A stretch of 64,000 nt of DNA from Selaginella moellendorffii (Eukaryota > Plantae > Lycopodiophyta): positions 530,184-594,183 of the forward strand of contig NW_003314272.1 in the NCBI RefSeq assembly GCF_000143415.4, given 5' to 3'. Positions 34,261-49,000 of the stretch are shown in pieces (the stretch's first letter is position 1; the number at the start of each line of letters is the position of its first letter). The notes under the pieces were generated by a model. The model saw only the letters and a program-made list of their open reading frames with translations. It did no database searches and was not told the origin of the DNA. The position numbers were made by a program, and so were the translations under genes.

Positions 34261-37200
34261 ACATATGGAGTTCATGAATGTAGGGTTCATGTTCTTTAAA
34301 TACTTAAAAATAATTACATACATACACATACCCATACACATACATGTCCTTTAATTTATAATAATGAGGTCTATGTAAGCAATGAAGTGGCATGCAAGTC
34401 CAAATAAGCAAAATGGGGCCTGATTCATCTCTAATCGTTTTGGACTCTTCCTTTGCTCTGGTGTCTTTGGATCGTAACAATTTGCTGCTTTTGTCGTTGG
34501 TGGGAATGAGCGAGGAACTTATACCGTTTGTAGAAGTGATAAGAGTGTAGAAGAGTAGAAGCAGAGTCAAAGTTTCCTTCTTTTGATCCTCAGTGCAAGA
34601 GTTGTCAAGTTTGAGACTTAAATCTGCAAGGCTATTCTTGTCTTCTCCAGTGTGTTAAAGTCCAGACGCATCAACAACTTAGCTCGAGGGGTCCCATCGA
34701 GATACAGTAGCCATGATTCCATGAACATATAAGGATACAGCATGAATGTCCAACAAGTAATGCTCTTCTAAGCTATCAATTTATAGCATTGTTTGAGTCT
34801 TGTAATAAGAAGTTGAGTTGAACTTAACTCAACTTAAGTAAATGAAAGTCAATTCAGTCAACTAAAAGTCTTATAAAGGAAATTGGAGAAATGAAGGCTC
34901 TGACAAACTTTAGATAAATACTTAGGTTAAAAGTTTTTACTAGAATGAATCATTTAAAAAAGACAAAGTGAACATGAACTTATCTTTTCTAAAGTTATAT
35001 TATTTGATTGACTACTATTATAGCTGTCATATTTTGATTTGACTACATAATATTTTGACTAATTTTATAGCTGTCATATATTTATATACTATTCCTTCAT
35101 TTGAAAGTTTTTACTAGAGTTCTTGAGAAGATAGGAAGCAAAGAAAATAAAAGATTTTGTGAGTAAGAGTTGTAATGTATAAGAATGTGAAAATGTTAAT
35201 TTTGTTTCACTACCACAATCTCTATATTACACTCTTACTCTTTATTACTCATCTGGGAATATAGAAGCTACTCTCATCATTGATAAAAATAGTCATGTTA
35301 TTTTTAAAACAACAGTCTAGAGAAAAGAAATGAAGAAATGAATAACACAACAAAAAGCACAAAATAAAACTTTCTATGACATTTATAATTTATATATTAA
35401 TTCATATCAAAAACTTTATTGCTTACCTATATCGCAATCCTTCTATATAAAAAGACAAAGGTATATTTTTGCACTGAATCCCTAATAAGATTTTTTAGGA
35501 GTTGTTTATGAATAATAATAAAAGAAATTGAATTCTTTTGAAAAACTTAAAATAATATCACAACAAAGAATCAACTTTATCTATATTTCAAAGATTGAAA
35601 GACAATTTCATATGAGAGAATAGCAGTATGCTAATATGCCTTACCACTATAATGTGGTTTATATTTCCCTACAGTTTATCTCCCTAGGAAATTAGTATAT
35701 GTAGAAAACAATATATGCATCATGAGGTAGGTTTTTATTAAAATGATAGAGAATGTGTATACAAGATAATCTAGAATTCTAGAAGCTCTTATGTTTACAA
35801 GTAGGCTATGGTTATAAAGCCCCATTTCCAAAACTAACACTTTAGTATTGTTAGTGTCATAATAAATAACCTAAAATTTAGTATATAAATTACCAAGAAA
35901 AGTTATAGTCATTATAGTCTTTTTATTTTTCTTGAGATCTTTGGAAGTTTGTATAGAAATGGCTTTAAGGAAAGTTATTGCTACTTGTACTTAACCCCCT
36001 AACATTTCATACCATTCTCTATTTCCATCCTTAAATTCTACCAAAATTCCATCTTCACTTCCATATAATAACATTTTTTTGCTAGGGGCTTTAGTGAAGC
36101 TAAACTAAAGCTCCTTTTATATAAAATTTTAGATCTTGTTATTGCCTCCAATGCTTCAAAGGCAATATTATATGTTTTTGCAAGATCTTACTTTTGACAT
36201 GGTGAGACTTCTTGAAAGTATAGAATGCTATTATATTTGGTGTTTAATATATTACTTTTTTGGATAAAACAAATGGCTCTATAGGTTTATAAATTTTTCT
36301 TGAAAGCCATAGCAATTGCCCAATAGCAAGTCTAGAAAATATGTACGTGGATGCAATAGATTCAAGAACAAATTATGGACACATACCCACTATTGTTTTA
36401 TAGTGAGGAATAACATCCCTTTGGAAAACACTACATTAGCTAGTATGAAATATGGGGTTTTTAGGCCACTCTACAGTGGAATGTAAAATTTAAAATTATT
36501 TTACTATACTATAGTATTGTCTCTTTTAAAAGAAAAATAAATAATTAAATGATATTAGTTATAGGTAACATACTTTATTCTAGATAGTGCTATTATATCA
36601 TATACAATTGTTTATAAGATGTTGAAGGAGGATAGCAACACACAAGTGCTACAAAGTGATGGTGATAGGTGAGAATGACAATTTGCAATTATAACATTTA
36701 ACATTTTCACAAACATTTAACATATAACAAGTTTATTATTTCATGTAAAGATGCAATTAACTTTCTTCTACCTCATCATCAATATATTGATTCCTTTTAT
36801 ACCTCCTCTTATATTAGTATTATAGGGAAGATTCACCTTGCATTTGTTGAGCCATAGCTTTTTCATAGTTGGAAAGACTTCTAAAGCTTTCAATTCTAAA
36901 AACTCTAGGTGGCTATGATTTATAAAATAGAACTAAATATGTATTGAAATCTTAATAAATGTAATTTACCTCCTTAAGGTTGAAGGCAACTCACAAAACC
37001 TTTTGAGCTAACGTTTGAAGAAATAATGTTCTTCAATAGCAAACACTAACCTACCAAAGTCACATATTATGTCCATCATAGAATTACTACTTGTTGTGTA
37101 ATCAATCACAACACCATCTGGTAGGCAATAGAGTTGAAGATTTACAGTGCTAATGGAATTTGAAATTGATACCTAGGAAATGTGTTGTGAATCTACTCAT

Positions 37201-38196
37201 CTACAAGGTTGGGTATGATGTCAGTGGAATTGTTGTAGTCAAGTAAAATGTATGTTGCAGACTCATTATCACAAAACCAATCATGTGTGTTTAAACTTGT
37301 AGAAGGCATGATAGGTCTATATCATAATCTAGAAAATAAGAAAGTTTAAAAATTAGATAGAAATATGAAATACATAATCACGTTTTTAGGCTTCCCTTGG
37401 ACGCCTATAGTATTAATGCCAATAGGATCCATGATGCACCTGAAAAAGAATGACTTGAAATAAACTTTTATTGCACACATCATAAGCTCATACATTTAGT
37501 TGGGATTGTTCAATAGGATGAAGGTTTGTCTTGTTTCCCCAATAACACACTGAGGCATTGTAGGTGTGTTCATTGGCTACTATAATAAATTATTGACATC
37601 TTGTATGGAAGATGACTCAATTTGACTGTTAGCACCTAAAGATATAAAGGATTTTACTCCCAATTATGGATTTCATTCTTTATTACTTTCTAGAAGGTCT
37701 TTCAGATATTGATAGGAAAGTTGAGGATTGGAACTTTCTCACACTCGACCATATATGTGATGCATTTCTCTTGTCATAAGCACTTATGTGCGAAGTTGAC
37801 TATAAAGGTAAGTAAATGAAAAAAAAAAATGAATAATATACTATTGTTATATGGTATGTTTTCAATGAAAGTTCCTCCAACTTTTTGTTATGAGCATCTC
37901 ATTGAGCTAAAATGAAATTGTTGCAAAAAACATATGTTACCACCTTTGGTTTGTAAAATTCACTTTTGCTTACCTCAAGGTTAACGTAATATTTTGTGAA
38001 CCACTTGATTATCGCCATTTGTTGATGGAACCTAATTTAAATCTTGGATGTCTAATGGTGGAATTGGAGCTTAATGTTGATTGTTTGGTGGTAGATTGTG
38101 AGCTTTATCTACATCTTCCTTATCCTCCTCTTTATCATGATTTACATTACCATTATTGTCAGTATTGACAATTTTTTCTTGGTCTTGGGTACATTC
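34249..38196. other. AT-rich, CpG-poor, ORF-less tract; probable decayed transposon relic
   Basis: No ORF >=60 aa over ~3.5 kb; abrupt composition shift; weak SWIM-like remnant on the minus strand near 35745-35830. Confidence 0.5.
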
Positions 38197-40047
38197 TGTT
38201 GTGAGACACAAAATCCCTAGGCCCCAAAGTGGAGCTGGAAAGGGTGCCACGTGGTAGTGGCCGAAGCAAAAACCAAACAAGCGTAATACGTTTGGACTAA
38301 AAGCTCCGACTTGGAAGGTCAAGAGCGGGAGTGGAACTCCCAACAAAGTCCTCAAGGAGCGAGCACGAAGCGAGCAACAAGCAAGGCTCCAAAAAAGGGA
38401 CCCAAAAAGGACCAACACATGACACGTGGAAGTGTCCAAGATGGAGTCCAAGACGGACCCTAGTTGGAGTCCAAGATGGACCCGAAGTAGAGTCCGATAT
38501 GGAGTCCGAAGTGGAGTCCGATATGGAGTCCGAGATGGACTCGAAGTGGAGTCTGATATGGAGTCCGAAGTGGAGTCCGAGATGGAGTCCGATATGGAGT
38601 CCGAGATGGACCCGAAGTGGAGTCCGATATAGAGTCTGAAGTGGAGTCCGAGATGGAGTCCAATATGGAGTCCGAGATGGACCCGAAGTGGAGTCCGATA
38701 TGGAGTCTGAAGTGGAGTCCGAGATGGAGTCCAATATGGAGTCCAAGGTGGGCCGAAGTGGAGTCCGAGGTGGACCGAGACGGAGTCCGAGATGGACCCG
38801 AGATGGAGCCCGAGATGCAGCCCAAGATGGACCAAGACGGAGCCCGAGATGGAGTCTGAGATGGAGTCCGAGGTTGAGACCGAGATCGGGACCGAGACCG
38901 AGACCGAGACCGAGACCGGGACCGAGACCGGGACTGAGACCAGGACCGAGGCCAAGGCTGAGACCGAGCCCAAGTCCGAGTCTGAGTCCGAGTTTGAGTT
39001 CGAGTCCGAGTCCGAGTTCGAGTCTGAGAGGGTGAAAGCCCAAAGCGTTCGTCTCCCAGACCCTGGGGGGTTTGGTGAGCTCCAAAAGTATAGTGAGGGG
39101 GAGGACTGCAGTGGAGCCAGTTTGGCCAGGAAAGGCCAATTTGGCCCAGGAAGGCCAGACCCAGTGTTGGGTGATGAACTGACCACTGGGAAGTCCAAGA
39201 CTAGAGTGAATACGGACCGACAAGTGGGGTAGCTTGGTGAAGTGTTCAAGAGCCGGCTCTAGTTCCCCCGGGAGATCGACTGGCCGATGCTCCCAGTCCA
39301 AGTGTGGGTGGCACTACCTACTTGGATACCAGGCGTGGCTCAACGGAACCTCGCTCTAAGCCCATGGCTAGAGCACCTAAAGGCGAAAGGCGGGGAGAGT
39401 ACCCAGGTGGCTCGCGTAAGACCACGGTGTTCCGAAATGTTGTCCCAAAGGGCTAAACTGTGGAAAGGAAGAGGAGCAGTCCTCTGGGGTAGTGACCAAG
39501 GACACAGTCGTGTGGTGAGGAAGTCCCAGAGGACCATGGGATTTAGGGGTCGGGCCTGTGGGCCTCGATCCAGTGGCAGTGTTGGCAAACACAGCCAGGG
39601 GCAGAAAGGGACTTGGTAGGAACTGCCAAAGGGACTTGGTAGGAACTGACAAAGGGACTTTGGGGAAGGCAATTCCCCAGATCTGTGGGCATCCTAAGGA
39701 TGCTAAGGAGTGGATCTAGGATGACCACTCGTGGACAGATGGCCCAGTCTTGGAGAGACGGGATTGTGATGCAAGTGGTAGTGGACCACTAGTGCAGCAA
39801 AGGTGAATGGGCATGGCCTTAGCGTAACAGGCCGAGATGTCAGTGGTACCTTTGGGTGTCGGTCTTGGGACCAGACACGAGGAGCACTTGGACCAGGTGC
39901 AAGTGTTGAGTGGCATGGATGCCATTCTTGGGGCTAGCAAGTCCCAAGTTCTGAATTGGACTTATGGAGGTTGTGAATGAGACTCTTCCAAGTGGTCGGA
40001 GGTGTGGTTAAGTGACTAAAGTAGAATGGAAAAATTAGTCGCTTACA
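38197..40047 (+). repeat. 5' LTR of element A
   Basis: TG...CA ends, followed by PBS. Confidence 0.9.
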
Positions 40048-40050
40048 ACT

Positions 40051-40062
40051 TGGTATCGGAGC
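40051..40062 (+). promoter_or_regulatory. Primer-binding site (tRNA-iMet type)
   Basis: TGGTATCGGAGC, one mismatch to canonical TGGTATCAGAGC; same site at 43291. Confidence 0.85.
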
Positions 40063-41386
40063 TGTTCCTTAGTCTGACTTTTATTGGTGCTCAAGTATAT
40101 CAGCATTGATGTTGGCATTGGAAGGTCCTAGGAGGGGGCCTATCCTTGAGGAGTAGCATGTCAAGAGGACATGGCTCTCCACTCAAGTTCATGCGTGAAC
40201 TTGGGCACGATGTGGTGGATAGAAAAGGGCCAATAATAGAACGACTTTGGGATCTTGGGAACAGTATAAGGTTTCCTCCGAGAGTTGAGGATGTGATCCA
40301 GATGAGCATTTGACGTAGCAAACGGGCTAACGTAGTTGTGGTAAACAACTATAATTGGGATCACGGGAAAGATGTAAACTCCAAAATAATAAAGGAGTCA
40401 CAAGATTACCCTCATATAGTTGAGGCCGGTGCTCATAACTTTGAGACCGGAATTGATGACCATGGGAGGTCAAATATAGGAGAGGACACAAGTCCTCGAA
40501 ATGGTAGCTGAGGTTGCCCTTGATAAATGCTGGAATAACCCAAAGAGTTGGGGATGTACTTAGAGGATGAGTTGGTATTCTCATCACATGGGCAAGTGGT
40601 CCTAAAAGGCAAAAGGTTGCCCCAAGAGAATAAATCAAGTGTCGGAGTAACACTTGCAAAGATGGTCCTCGTGAGTAGGACCTGAATACAAGAAGTTGTA
40701 TTCCAGTGAGCTGGCACCTCAAAGGTAGGACCTTATGGGTCGTCGGATGACAAAGTCCAAAAAGCTGGATGACTCCAATAGAGTCAAAGAATAATCCTAA
40801 AGGATTGATGGAAGCATTTGGACTGAGTGGTACCCCACGAAGGATAGGGGGGATCATAGGATCCAAGGATGAGAACAGAGGGTATCTCATCGATGGCAAA
40901 ATGTGCCATGCTAAAGTCGTGGGAAGGGTGTTCCCAAAAGAAAACAACTTTGAAACAAAGTTGTGTGTGACCTCTATGGTGCAGTGCTAACGGTTGGTTG
41001 GCATGAGAAAAAGTGGTATTGGTTTTGGCAAAGACTTAGACACAAAGAAGAAGTGTCATAGAGGTAAGCTCATGGAGCCGATGGTGTGGAGACACCAAAT
41101 GTGCCAAGGTGTGGTACCTTGAGGCTATGTTGGTGGGTTCATGAGAACCCCTTGTCAAAGGAATCCTAATGGAAATGGGAATGGCATAGCCTAAGTTGCA
41201 GAGCATGCAATTGGAGTGTGGTGACCCAGATAATGATGGAGGTGTGGAAGCACCAGCAATGAGTTGTAGGACTTGACAACTATGAGGCAACTAAGCAAGA
41301 GGTGCAAAATAATTGGTTAAACGGGTAGAAGGTAACTACCCAAGTCTTCTTAATGACATAAGGAAATTGGATATACCCTTACGGGG

Positions 41387-43287
41387 TGTGAGACACAAAA
41401 TCCCTAGGCCCCAAAGTGGAGCCGGAAGGGCGCCACATGGTAGTGGCCGAAGTGAGAGCCAAACGAGCGTAACACGTTTGGACCAAAAGCTCCGACTTGA
41501 AAAGTCAAGAGCGGGAGTGGAACTCCCAACGAAGTGCTCGAGGAACGAGCACGAAGCGAGCAAAAGACGAGGCTCCAAAAAGGGACCCAAAAGGACCAAC
41601 ACATGACACGTGGGAGAGTCCGAGATGGACCCGAGATGGACCCGAAATGGAGTCCGAGATGGACCCGAAATGGAGTCCGAGATGGACCCGAGATGGACCC
41701 GAAATGGAGTCCGAGATGGAGTCCGAGATGGACCCGAGATGGAGTTCGAGATGGAGTCCGAGATGGACCCGAGATGGACCCGAAATGGAGTCCGAGATGG
41801 AGTCCGAGATGGACCCGAGATGGACCCGAGATGGAGTCCAAGATGGAGTCCGAGATGGAGTCCGAGATGGACCTGAGATGGAGTCCGAGATGGAGTCCGA
41901 GATGGAGTCCGAGATGGACCCGAGATGGACCCGAAATGGAGTCCGAGATGGAGTCCGAGATGGACCCGAAATGGAGTCCGAGATGGAGTCCGAGATGGAC
42001 CCGAGATGGAGTCCGAGATGGAGTCCGAGATGGACCCGAGATGGACCCGAGATGGAGTCCGAGATGGAGTCCGAGATGGAGTCCGAGATGGAGTCCGAGA
42101 TGGAGTCCGAGATGGAGTCCGAGATGGAGTCCGAAGTCGAGACCGAGACCGGGACCGAGACCGAGACCGAGACCGAGATTGGGACCGAGACCGAGACCGA
42201 GGCCGAGGCCGAGACCGAGCCCGAGCCCGAGTCCGAGTCCGAATCCGAATCCGAGTCCGAGTCCGAGTCCGAGTCCGAGTCCGGAGCCTGAGAGGGTGAA
42301 AGCCCAAAGCGTTCGTCTCCCAGACCCTGGGGGGTTTGGTGAGCTCCAAAAGTATAGTAGGGGGAGGACTGCAGTGGAGCCAGTTTGGCCAGGAAAGGCC
42401 AGTTTGGCCCAGGAAGGCCAGACCCAGTGTTGGGTGATAAATTGACCACTGGGAAGTCCAAGACTAGAGTGAATACGGACCGACAAGCGGGGTAGCTTAG
42501 TGAAGTGTTCAAGAGCCGGCTCTAGTTCCCCCGGGAGATCGACTGGCCGATGCTCCCAGTCCAAGTGTGGGTGGCACTACCTACTTGGATACCAGGCGTG
42601 GCTCAACGGAACCTCGCTCTAAGCCCATGGCTAGAGCACCTAAAGGCGATAGGTGGGGAGAGTACCCAGGTGGCTCGCGTAAGGCCACGGTGTTCCGAAA
42701 TGTTGTCCCAAAGGCCCAGACTGTGGAAAGGAAGAGGAGCAGTCCTCTGGGGTAGTGACCAAGGACACAGTCATGTGGTGAGGAAGTCCCAGAGGACCGT
42801 GGGACTTAGTGGTCGGGCCTGTGGGCCTCGATCCAGTGGCAGTGTTGGCAAATACGGCCAGGGGCAGAAAGGGACTTGGTAGGAACTGACAAAGGGACTT
42901 TGGGGAAGGCAATTCCCCAGGTCTGTGGGCATCCTAAGGATGCTAAGGAGTGGATCTAGGATGACCCCTCGTGGACACATGGCCCAGTCTTGGAGAGACG
43001 AGGTGGTGATGCAAGTGGTGTTGAACCACTAGTGCAGCAAAGGTGAATGGGCATGGCCTTAGCGTAACGGGCCGAGATGTCAGTGGTACCTTTGGGTGTC
43101 GGTCTCAGGACCGGACACGTGGAGCACTTGGACCAGGTGCAAGTGTGGAGTGGCATGGATGCCATTCTTGGGGCTAGCAAGTCCCAAGTCCTGAATTGGA
43201 TTGATGGAGGTTGTGAATGAGACTCTTCCAAGTGGTCGGAGGTGTGGTTAAGTGACTAAAGTAGAATGGAAAATTTAGTCGCTTACA
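41387..43287 (+). repeat. 5' LTR of element B, containing a 12-bp minisatellite (GAGATGGAGTCC/GAGATGGACCC) at ~41617-42285
   Basis: Homology to the other three LTRs. Confidence 0.92.
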
Positions 43288-46001
43288 ATTTGGTATCGGA
43301 GCTGTTCCTTAGTCCGACTTTTATTGGTGCTCAAGTATATCACCACTAGTGTTGGCATCGGAAGGTCCGAGGAGTGGGCCTATCCTTGAGGAGTAGCAAG
43401 TCTGGAAGACATGGCTCTCCATTACAGTTCATGTGTGAACTTGTAGACGAGGTGGTGGATAGAAAAGGGCCAATAATGGAACGACTTTGGGATCTTGGGA
43501 ACAGTGCAAGGTTTTCCTCATTGAGTTGAGGATGTGATCCGGATGAGCATTTGTCTCAGCAAATTGGCTTAGGTTGTTGTGGTAAACAACTAAAGTTGGG
43601 ATCACGGGAAAGATAGAGACTCCAAAACAATAAAGGAGTCACAAGATTATCCTCATATAGTTGAGGTTGGTGCTCATGAATGTGAGACCAAAGATAATGA
43701 CCGTGGAAGGTCAAATACGGAAGAGGACTCAAGTCCTTGAAATGGTGGCCGGGGCTACCTCTAATAAATGCTGGAACAACCCAAGGAGTTGGGGGTGTAT
43801 TAAGTGGATGAGTTGGTATTCTCATCACATGGACAAGTAGTCCTAAGGGGCAAAGGTTGCCCCCAGAGAACAAAATCAAGTGTCGGAGTAACACTTGTGA
43901 AAATAGTCCTTTTGAGTAGGACCGGAATGCAAGATGTGTATTCCAGTGAGCTAGTGCCTCACAAGTAGGACCTTACGGGTCGGTGGATTAACCAAGTCCA
44001 AAACTGCTAGACGACTCAAGTAGAGTCCTAAAAAGGACTGAATGAAGCATTTGGACTGAGGTGCGTTGTACCCCACAAAGGATGGGGGGGGGATCATAGG
44101 ATCCAAGGATGAGAACAGAGAGTATCTCATCGATGGCAAAATGTGCCATGCTAAAGTTATGGGAAAGGTGTTCCCAGGAGAAAACAACTTTGACATAAAG
44201 TTGTGTGTGACCTCTATGGGGCAGTGCTAACAGATGGTTGGCATGAGAAAGAGCGGTGTTGGTCTTGGCAAAGACTTAGACACGAAGGGAAATGTCATAG
44301 AGGTAGGCTCGTGGAGCCGATGGTGTGGAGACACCAAATGTGCCAAGGTGTGATACCTTGAGGCTATGTTGGTGGGTTCATGAGAACCCCTTGCCAAAGG
44401 AATCCCAATGGAAATGGGAATGGCATAGCTTAAGCTGCAGAGCATGCAGTTGGAGTGTGGTGACCCAGATAGTGATGGAGGTGTGAAAGCACCAAGCAAT
44501 GAGTTGTAGGACTTGACAACTATGAGGCAACTAAGCAAGAGGTGCAAAATAACTGATTAAACGGGTAGAAGGTAGCTACCCAAGACTTCTAGTATAGGGA
44601 AGTCGAATATACCTTACGGGGGATAAGTTTCTTATGTTGCGATATAGTAAGTCAATGTCATAAAAGGAAATACTCATTGTCAAGAAAGCCATCATTGGGA
44701 CACACGAACACTCTAGAACACCAGAAGGTGGTGTTTGATATCGCGAGGGCAATGGATAAAGCCCAAGGGACTAAGTCCCTAGCGAATGATGGATAGAAGG
44801 TGCTATCCAAATGTCCAAGGTTGCGAAGACAGGAGAGGACTGTCTACCCAAGTTGGACAAAGCCAAAAATGGAATTTTGGCAAGGCTAGTGATGGGCATG
44901 TAAAGGCCCATAAGCAACAATGTAACCCCAGTGTGTGGGATTATAAGCTGAGCATACCCGGATTGAGGAACCACTCCCTGGGCTATTGGGTAGGTTCATC
45001 CCTAAGAATACTTGCTAAGGCATGATAGAAAGTGCAAAGCTATCCTCCTGGTCTGGAGGAGAATGACCGAAGGAAAGGTGCGAAGCCAAAGGCAAGTAGT
45101 GTTGGGATGGAACTGAACCATAGAAATCAAAGGGCATATCCAACAGTGGTTATGAAAGTTGGGAGTGGAGAATCAAGAGGGTGCTCGAGGATGTTGTTGC
45201 TAGCAACCGTGATGCCATGGAGAGTCTAAAATATGGAATTGTCCATGTTAGACTATATGGCAACTATAAAGCTTGCGAAAGGGGAGGCCTTAGCAAGCTG
45301 AGGGACAGAGTTCCTTCAAAGTTCCCAAAGACGATTCTAGGTAGCGTAGTACCTAGAAAGGCCAAGTGTAAATGGTTCATGGAACGCGCGAAATCAGAGT
45401 GGCACAGCAGAAGCGTGGTCTTGAAGCTTGCCATGAGGCAAGGTTATCAAGGTTAGGGAAGTAGTTCCCGAGTGTTCAAAGAGAGGGCTTTGAACGAAAG
45501 TCGATGGTCAAGGACTTTCACGTTTACGCAGGAACCATGTTACAATGGTCGGAGGACTTAAGCTCTATTTCGTTAAAGTGGGAATTGTCATTATCCCACT
45601 TGTAAAATAAGGTTTCCAAACCTTTATATAGTATATAAATATAACAAAATTCAACTGCATTGAGGCACATGCCATTTTATTTTAAACAAGGAAATGTCTA
45701 CTCAATCACTTCTCCTCCCCCTGCCACTGCTTCACCTCTCTCTTCTCCTTGTCATCGTCGTCCAATTTCTTTCCATCCTTTTAATATTGGCTCAGTTGCT
45801 CCGAGTCTAGGTGGAGCCCAAGTCCCCATTCAATCTTTACTTTCCCATTATTAATAAAACAACTTCGTAGACTTCCAATAACATGCTGTAACACTTCTAG
45901 TATAATGCAAATCCTCTCAAAGAATTGTCTTTTAATATTAATACAATTGCATGGAACACCATGCCATAATAAGTTACATTTTTAAATAAATACATGCCAT
46001 C

Positions 46002-49000
46002 TCAGACTGTTATTTTTTGCCTCCAACGCCTATACAATAATCTTGGAATTTCATCACTCTCCACACTATCAGGATTTAAACCCAATAGTAATGCCATCTC
46101 TTCTCTAATACGTCCACGCTCATGTTCAGTGGTCGAAGAACCCATCCGGTTGAGCAGATTATGGAGATGCGGATAGTGCTTGGCTAGACAATATACATGC
46201 CATAAATGATGACTGGTGTCTGTCCGATCAAATGGCTTCTGATATACCGTTCCATCTGCCATTTGGTTGATTTCTGCAGCCACCTCCTGGACTGGCCGGT
46301 TCTCTATCACCATCGCTCCAAGCCGTTTTGCAAGGTCCCCCAGAACATACGGTTTCTTCTCCCTAGTTTCCATACTGCAAGAGATGGGGTGCACTGCATA
46401 TGTGTGCGTGTTCGCTGCAGTTTTAATCGGCGAGTCATCGATGATGAGGATTTCACTTGAGCTAGCAGTCCGGTTCATCACTACAGCCTCTGGCTTGACG
46501 AAGATGGGCTTGCTACCCCTCACATGGACCATAGTCAAGCAATCCTCCTGCGTTAGGAGAAAGTCAAATGGTAATATTACTCGTGTCTGATCGTGCATCA
46601 TCTGTAGCAACGTTAATGCATTGTGGCGCATCATGGATGTCCAAACTCCCAATTGCAAATTGAACCCGGCCCTCTGTTTTAAGTGTCGCATGGTCATTAT
46701 TAGATCCCGCAGTTTCTCCCGTGTGATTAATGTGAATCTGTCTCTTTTGACCAACTTGCGACCGCAGGCTTTGGAGGGTGCAATGACATTCAAGGACGAG
46801 CCACGCTCATGGGAGAAAAGGACACCGTTCAGATCAAAAACGATACAGTACCTTCGCCGTGACTCTGAAATGAAATGCGTCAGCATAAAAAATGGTACAA
46901 GTCAATTTTACCATCTACAATATTAGCGAATGTTGCTCCCGATGGTCGTTGAGAGGGTTTTGGTCGAGGAAACGTGAAGGGCGGAAATACTCTCCTCTGC
47001 AATGTGGGGTCAATCGCATCCGATGGCGTGTGGGCACATGCCATTTCAGCTGTAGACTCTGGTACAACTGGCTCAACAGTGGCATGGGGTGGTTCCGATG
47101 GCGTGTGATCACACGCCATTTCAGCTGGTGCCTCCGTTGGCAAAGTGGACATGACCGAACAGGCAGCAGGGGCGGTGTAGGGAGGTTCCAACGGCGCGTA
47201 GTCAGACGATTGGGCACACGTTGAGTCCGTTGGAAATGAGGATACGACCGGCTCGGTGGCTGGGGCGGCCTCATGTGGGTCCAATGGCGCCTGGTCACCG
47301 TCAGTTGGATACGTGGACAAGATTGACTCAGTGGTATGGGCAGCATCAAGTGGAGCGTGGTCAGCTTGCTTGGCGTTGATATGGATAGTAGCCTCCACCA
47401 GCTCTGATGACTCTTGCAGCCAAGTAGAGTCCACTGGCGGATCCATATGCATGTCCAAATATCTCCCTTCGATTGAGATGGTATCCTCCCGTGCTACTAA
47501 AAACAAACTCATTAGCACATTGAATCGACTATACTGTATTTACCATCAACTGCTATTGAGGAACTAGGACCGATATCACTTGAGCGCACTGCTGATTCTG
47601 AAGGATTGGACATACGTTTCGACCCTTGCTTGGCACTATCCTTCCTCGACACTAAAGGCTAGAGTTTGTAAATTCAACTGAATAATCTCTACTTACCATT
47701 TGCTCTGCGACCTACATGGACAATGTTAGAAATGGTAAAAGGTTAGGAATGGATGTATTATTATTTACCTGATGGTTTGTCTTGTATGACCTTCCTCCGC
47801 CGCTCTTTGGCCACCTCAGGCTGGCCATCGTCGTCATCATCGTCGTCGTCGTTATTGTGATCGTCACCATTGTGAGGACCATCCAAGTCCTCTTCGTCCT
47901 CCTCTTCTTTGTCCTCCTCTTCTTTGTCCTCCTCTTCTTTGTCCTCCTCTTCGTCCTTCTGCTCTTCTTGCTCATTATCTTTCTCTGGCTCCTCATCCCC
48001 CTCCTGCATTTCTTCCATAGGCTGCTCAGGCTGGATGGCTTGTTCTTCCAGGACCATCTTGGGAAAATCATCTGGCCGAGTCTCCATCTCAAAATACAAG
48101 ACATCCATAGCTTGTTTTAGTGCGTGACCTAGGACCGTATCCTCACCCGACTGTCTTAACATGGTTTCTGCACGTTCTTGCACCCTTCGAAGACGACGAG
48201 ATGAGAAAAACGTGGCCCTGCCTTGAAAAGCTTCCCTCATCCATTGTACCTCTCCATTGAGATTGGGGAAGGGGAGTCCGCCATAGGAATCTGAGTCATG
48301 AGGTGGTGACTGCCTGCTTTCACTCAGCCCTTGATCTGCAATGAATGGCATGAGCACACACGCCATAACCGCGAGGCATTACCTATCATCTTTTCGTTGC
48401 CCTTCTTCCTTTTCGAATCAAACGCCTCTGATCTCGACGACTGTCCAACGTGCTTTCGCTTTTTATGACCACTGTCAGTTTGAGCTTGGCTGGTGCTTGC
48501 CTGTTTTGCCTTTGAAGAAGTTTCTCCTGCAAGGAATGGCATGAGACCACACGCCATTGCAAATATAATTTGTACCTCCTTTTTTCCTATTGCTTTTCTG
48601 TTTGTCCTTCTTCGATGCGCCACCAGTGCGCTTTTCAGTCCTCGTGTCTAAATATTCACAACGATCTATAATCAAAATGGCGTGAGGCCTCACGTGACCT
48701 TACCTTGTGCAGGTTGTGAGCTCGGCCCAACATGGGTATCTTCAAAAGTAGCTGTTAACGCCGTTTCAGCATCTGGGGGTGGCCACGCTCCTGCATACAG
48801 AGCTTGTGAGATAACATTTAAACTTAAAGTGTGTACTCACCAGGTTCGCAGAGAAGATACTGTTTTTCTTTGGCAACTGTAATTATATGCTCCATTGAAG
48901 TCATCTCTTCAATGGAGTTTGTCACCGCAACACAAGGGACACCCTTGAGTAGTGCGGCTCGAAAGAATAGTCCGCCGCAGTTGTACTCGACAACGCATTT

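Noticed and set aside
41617-42285. CRISPR-like array
   Set aside because: Contiguous tandem units with no unique spacers, no cas genes, eukaryotic context.
38297-42564. Long repetitive ORFs (MESE/WSPR/SISD/HLGL) on both strands; also at 59648-60713
   Set aside because: By-products of the stop-poor 12-bp minisatellite inside the LTRs.
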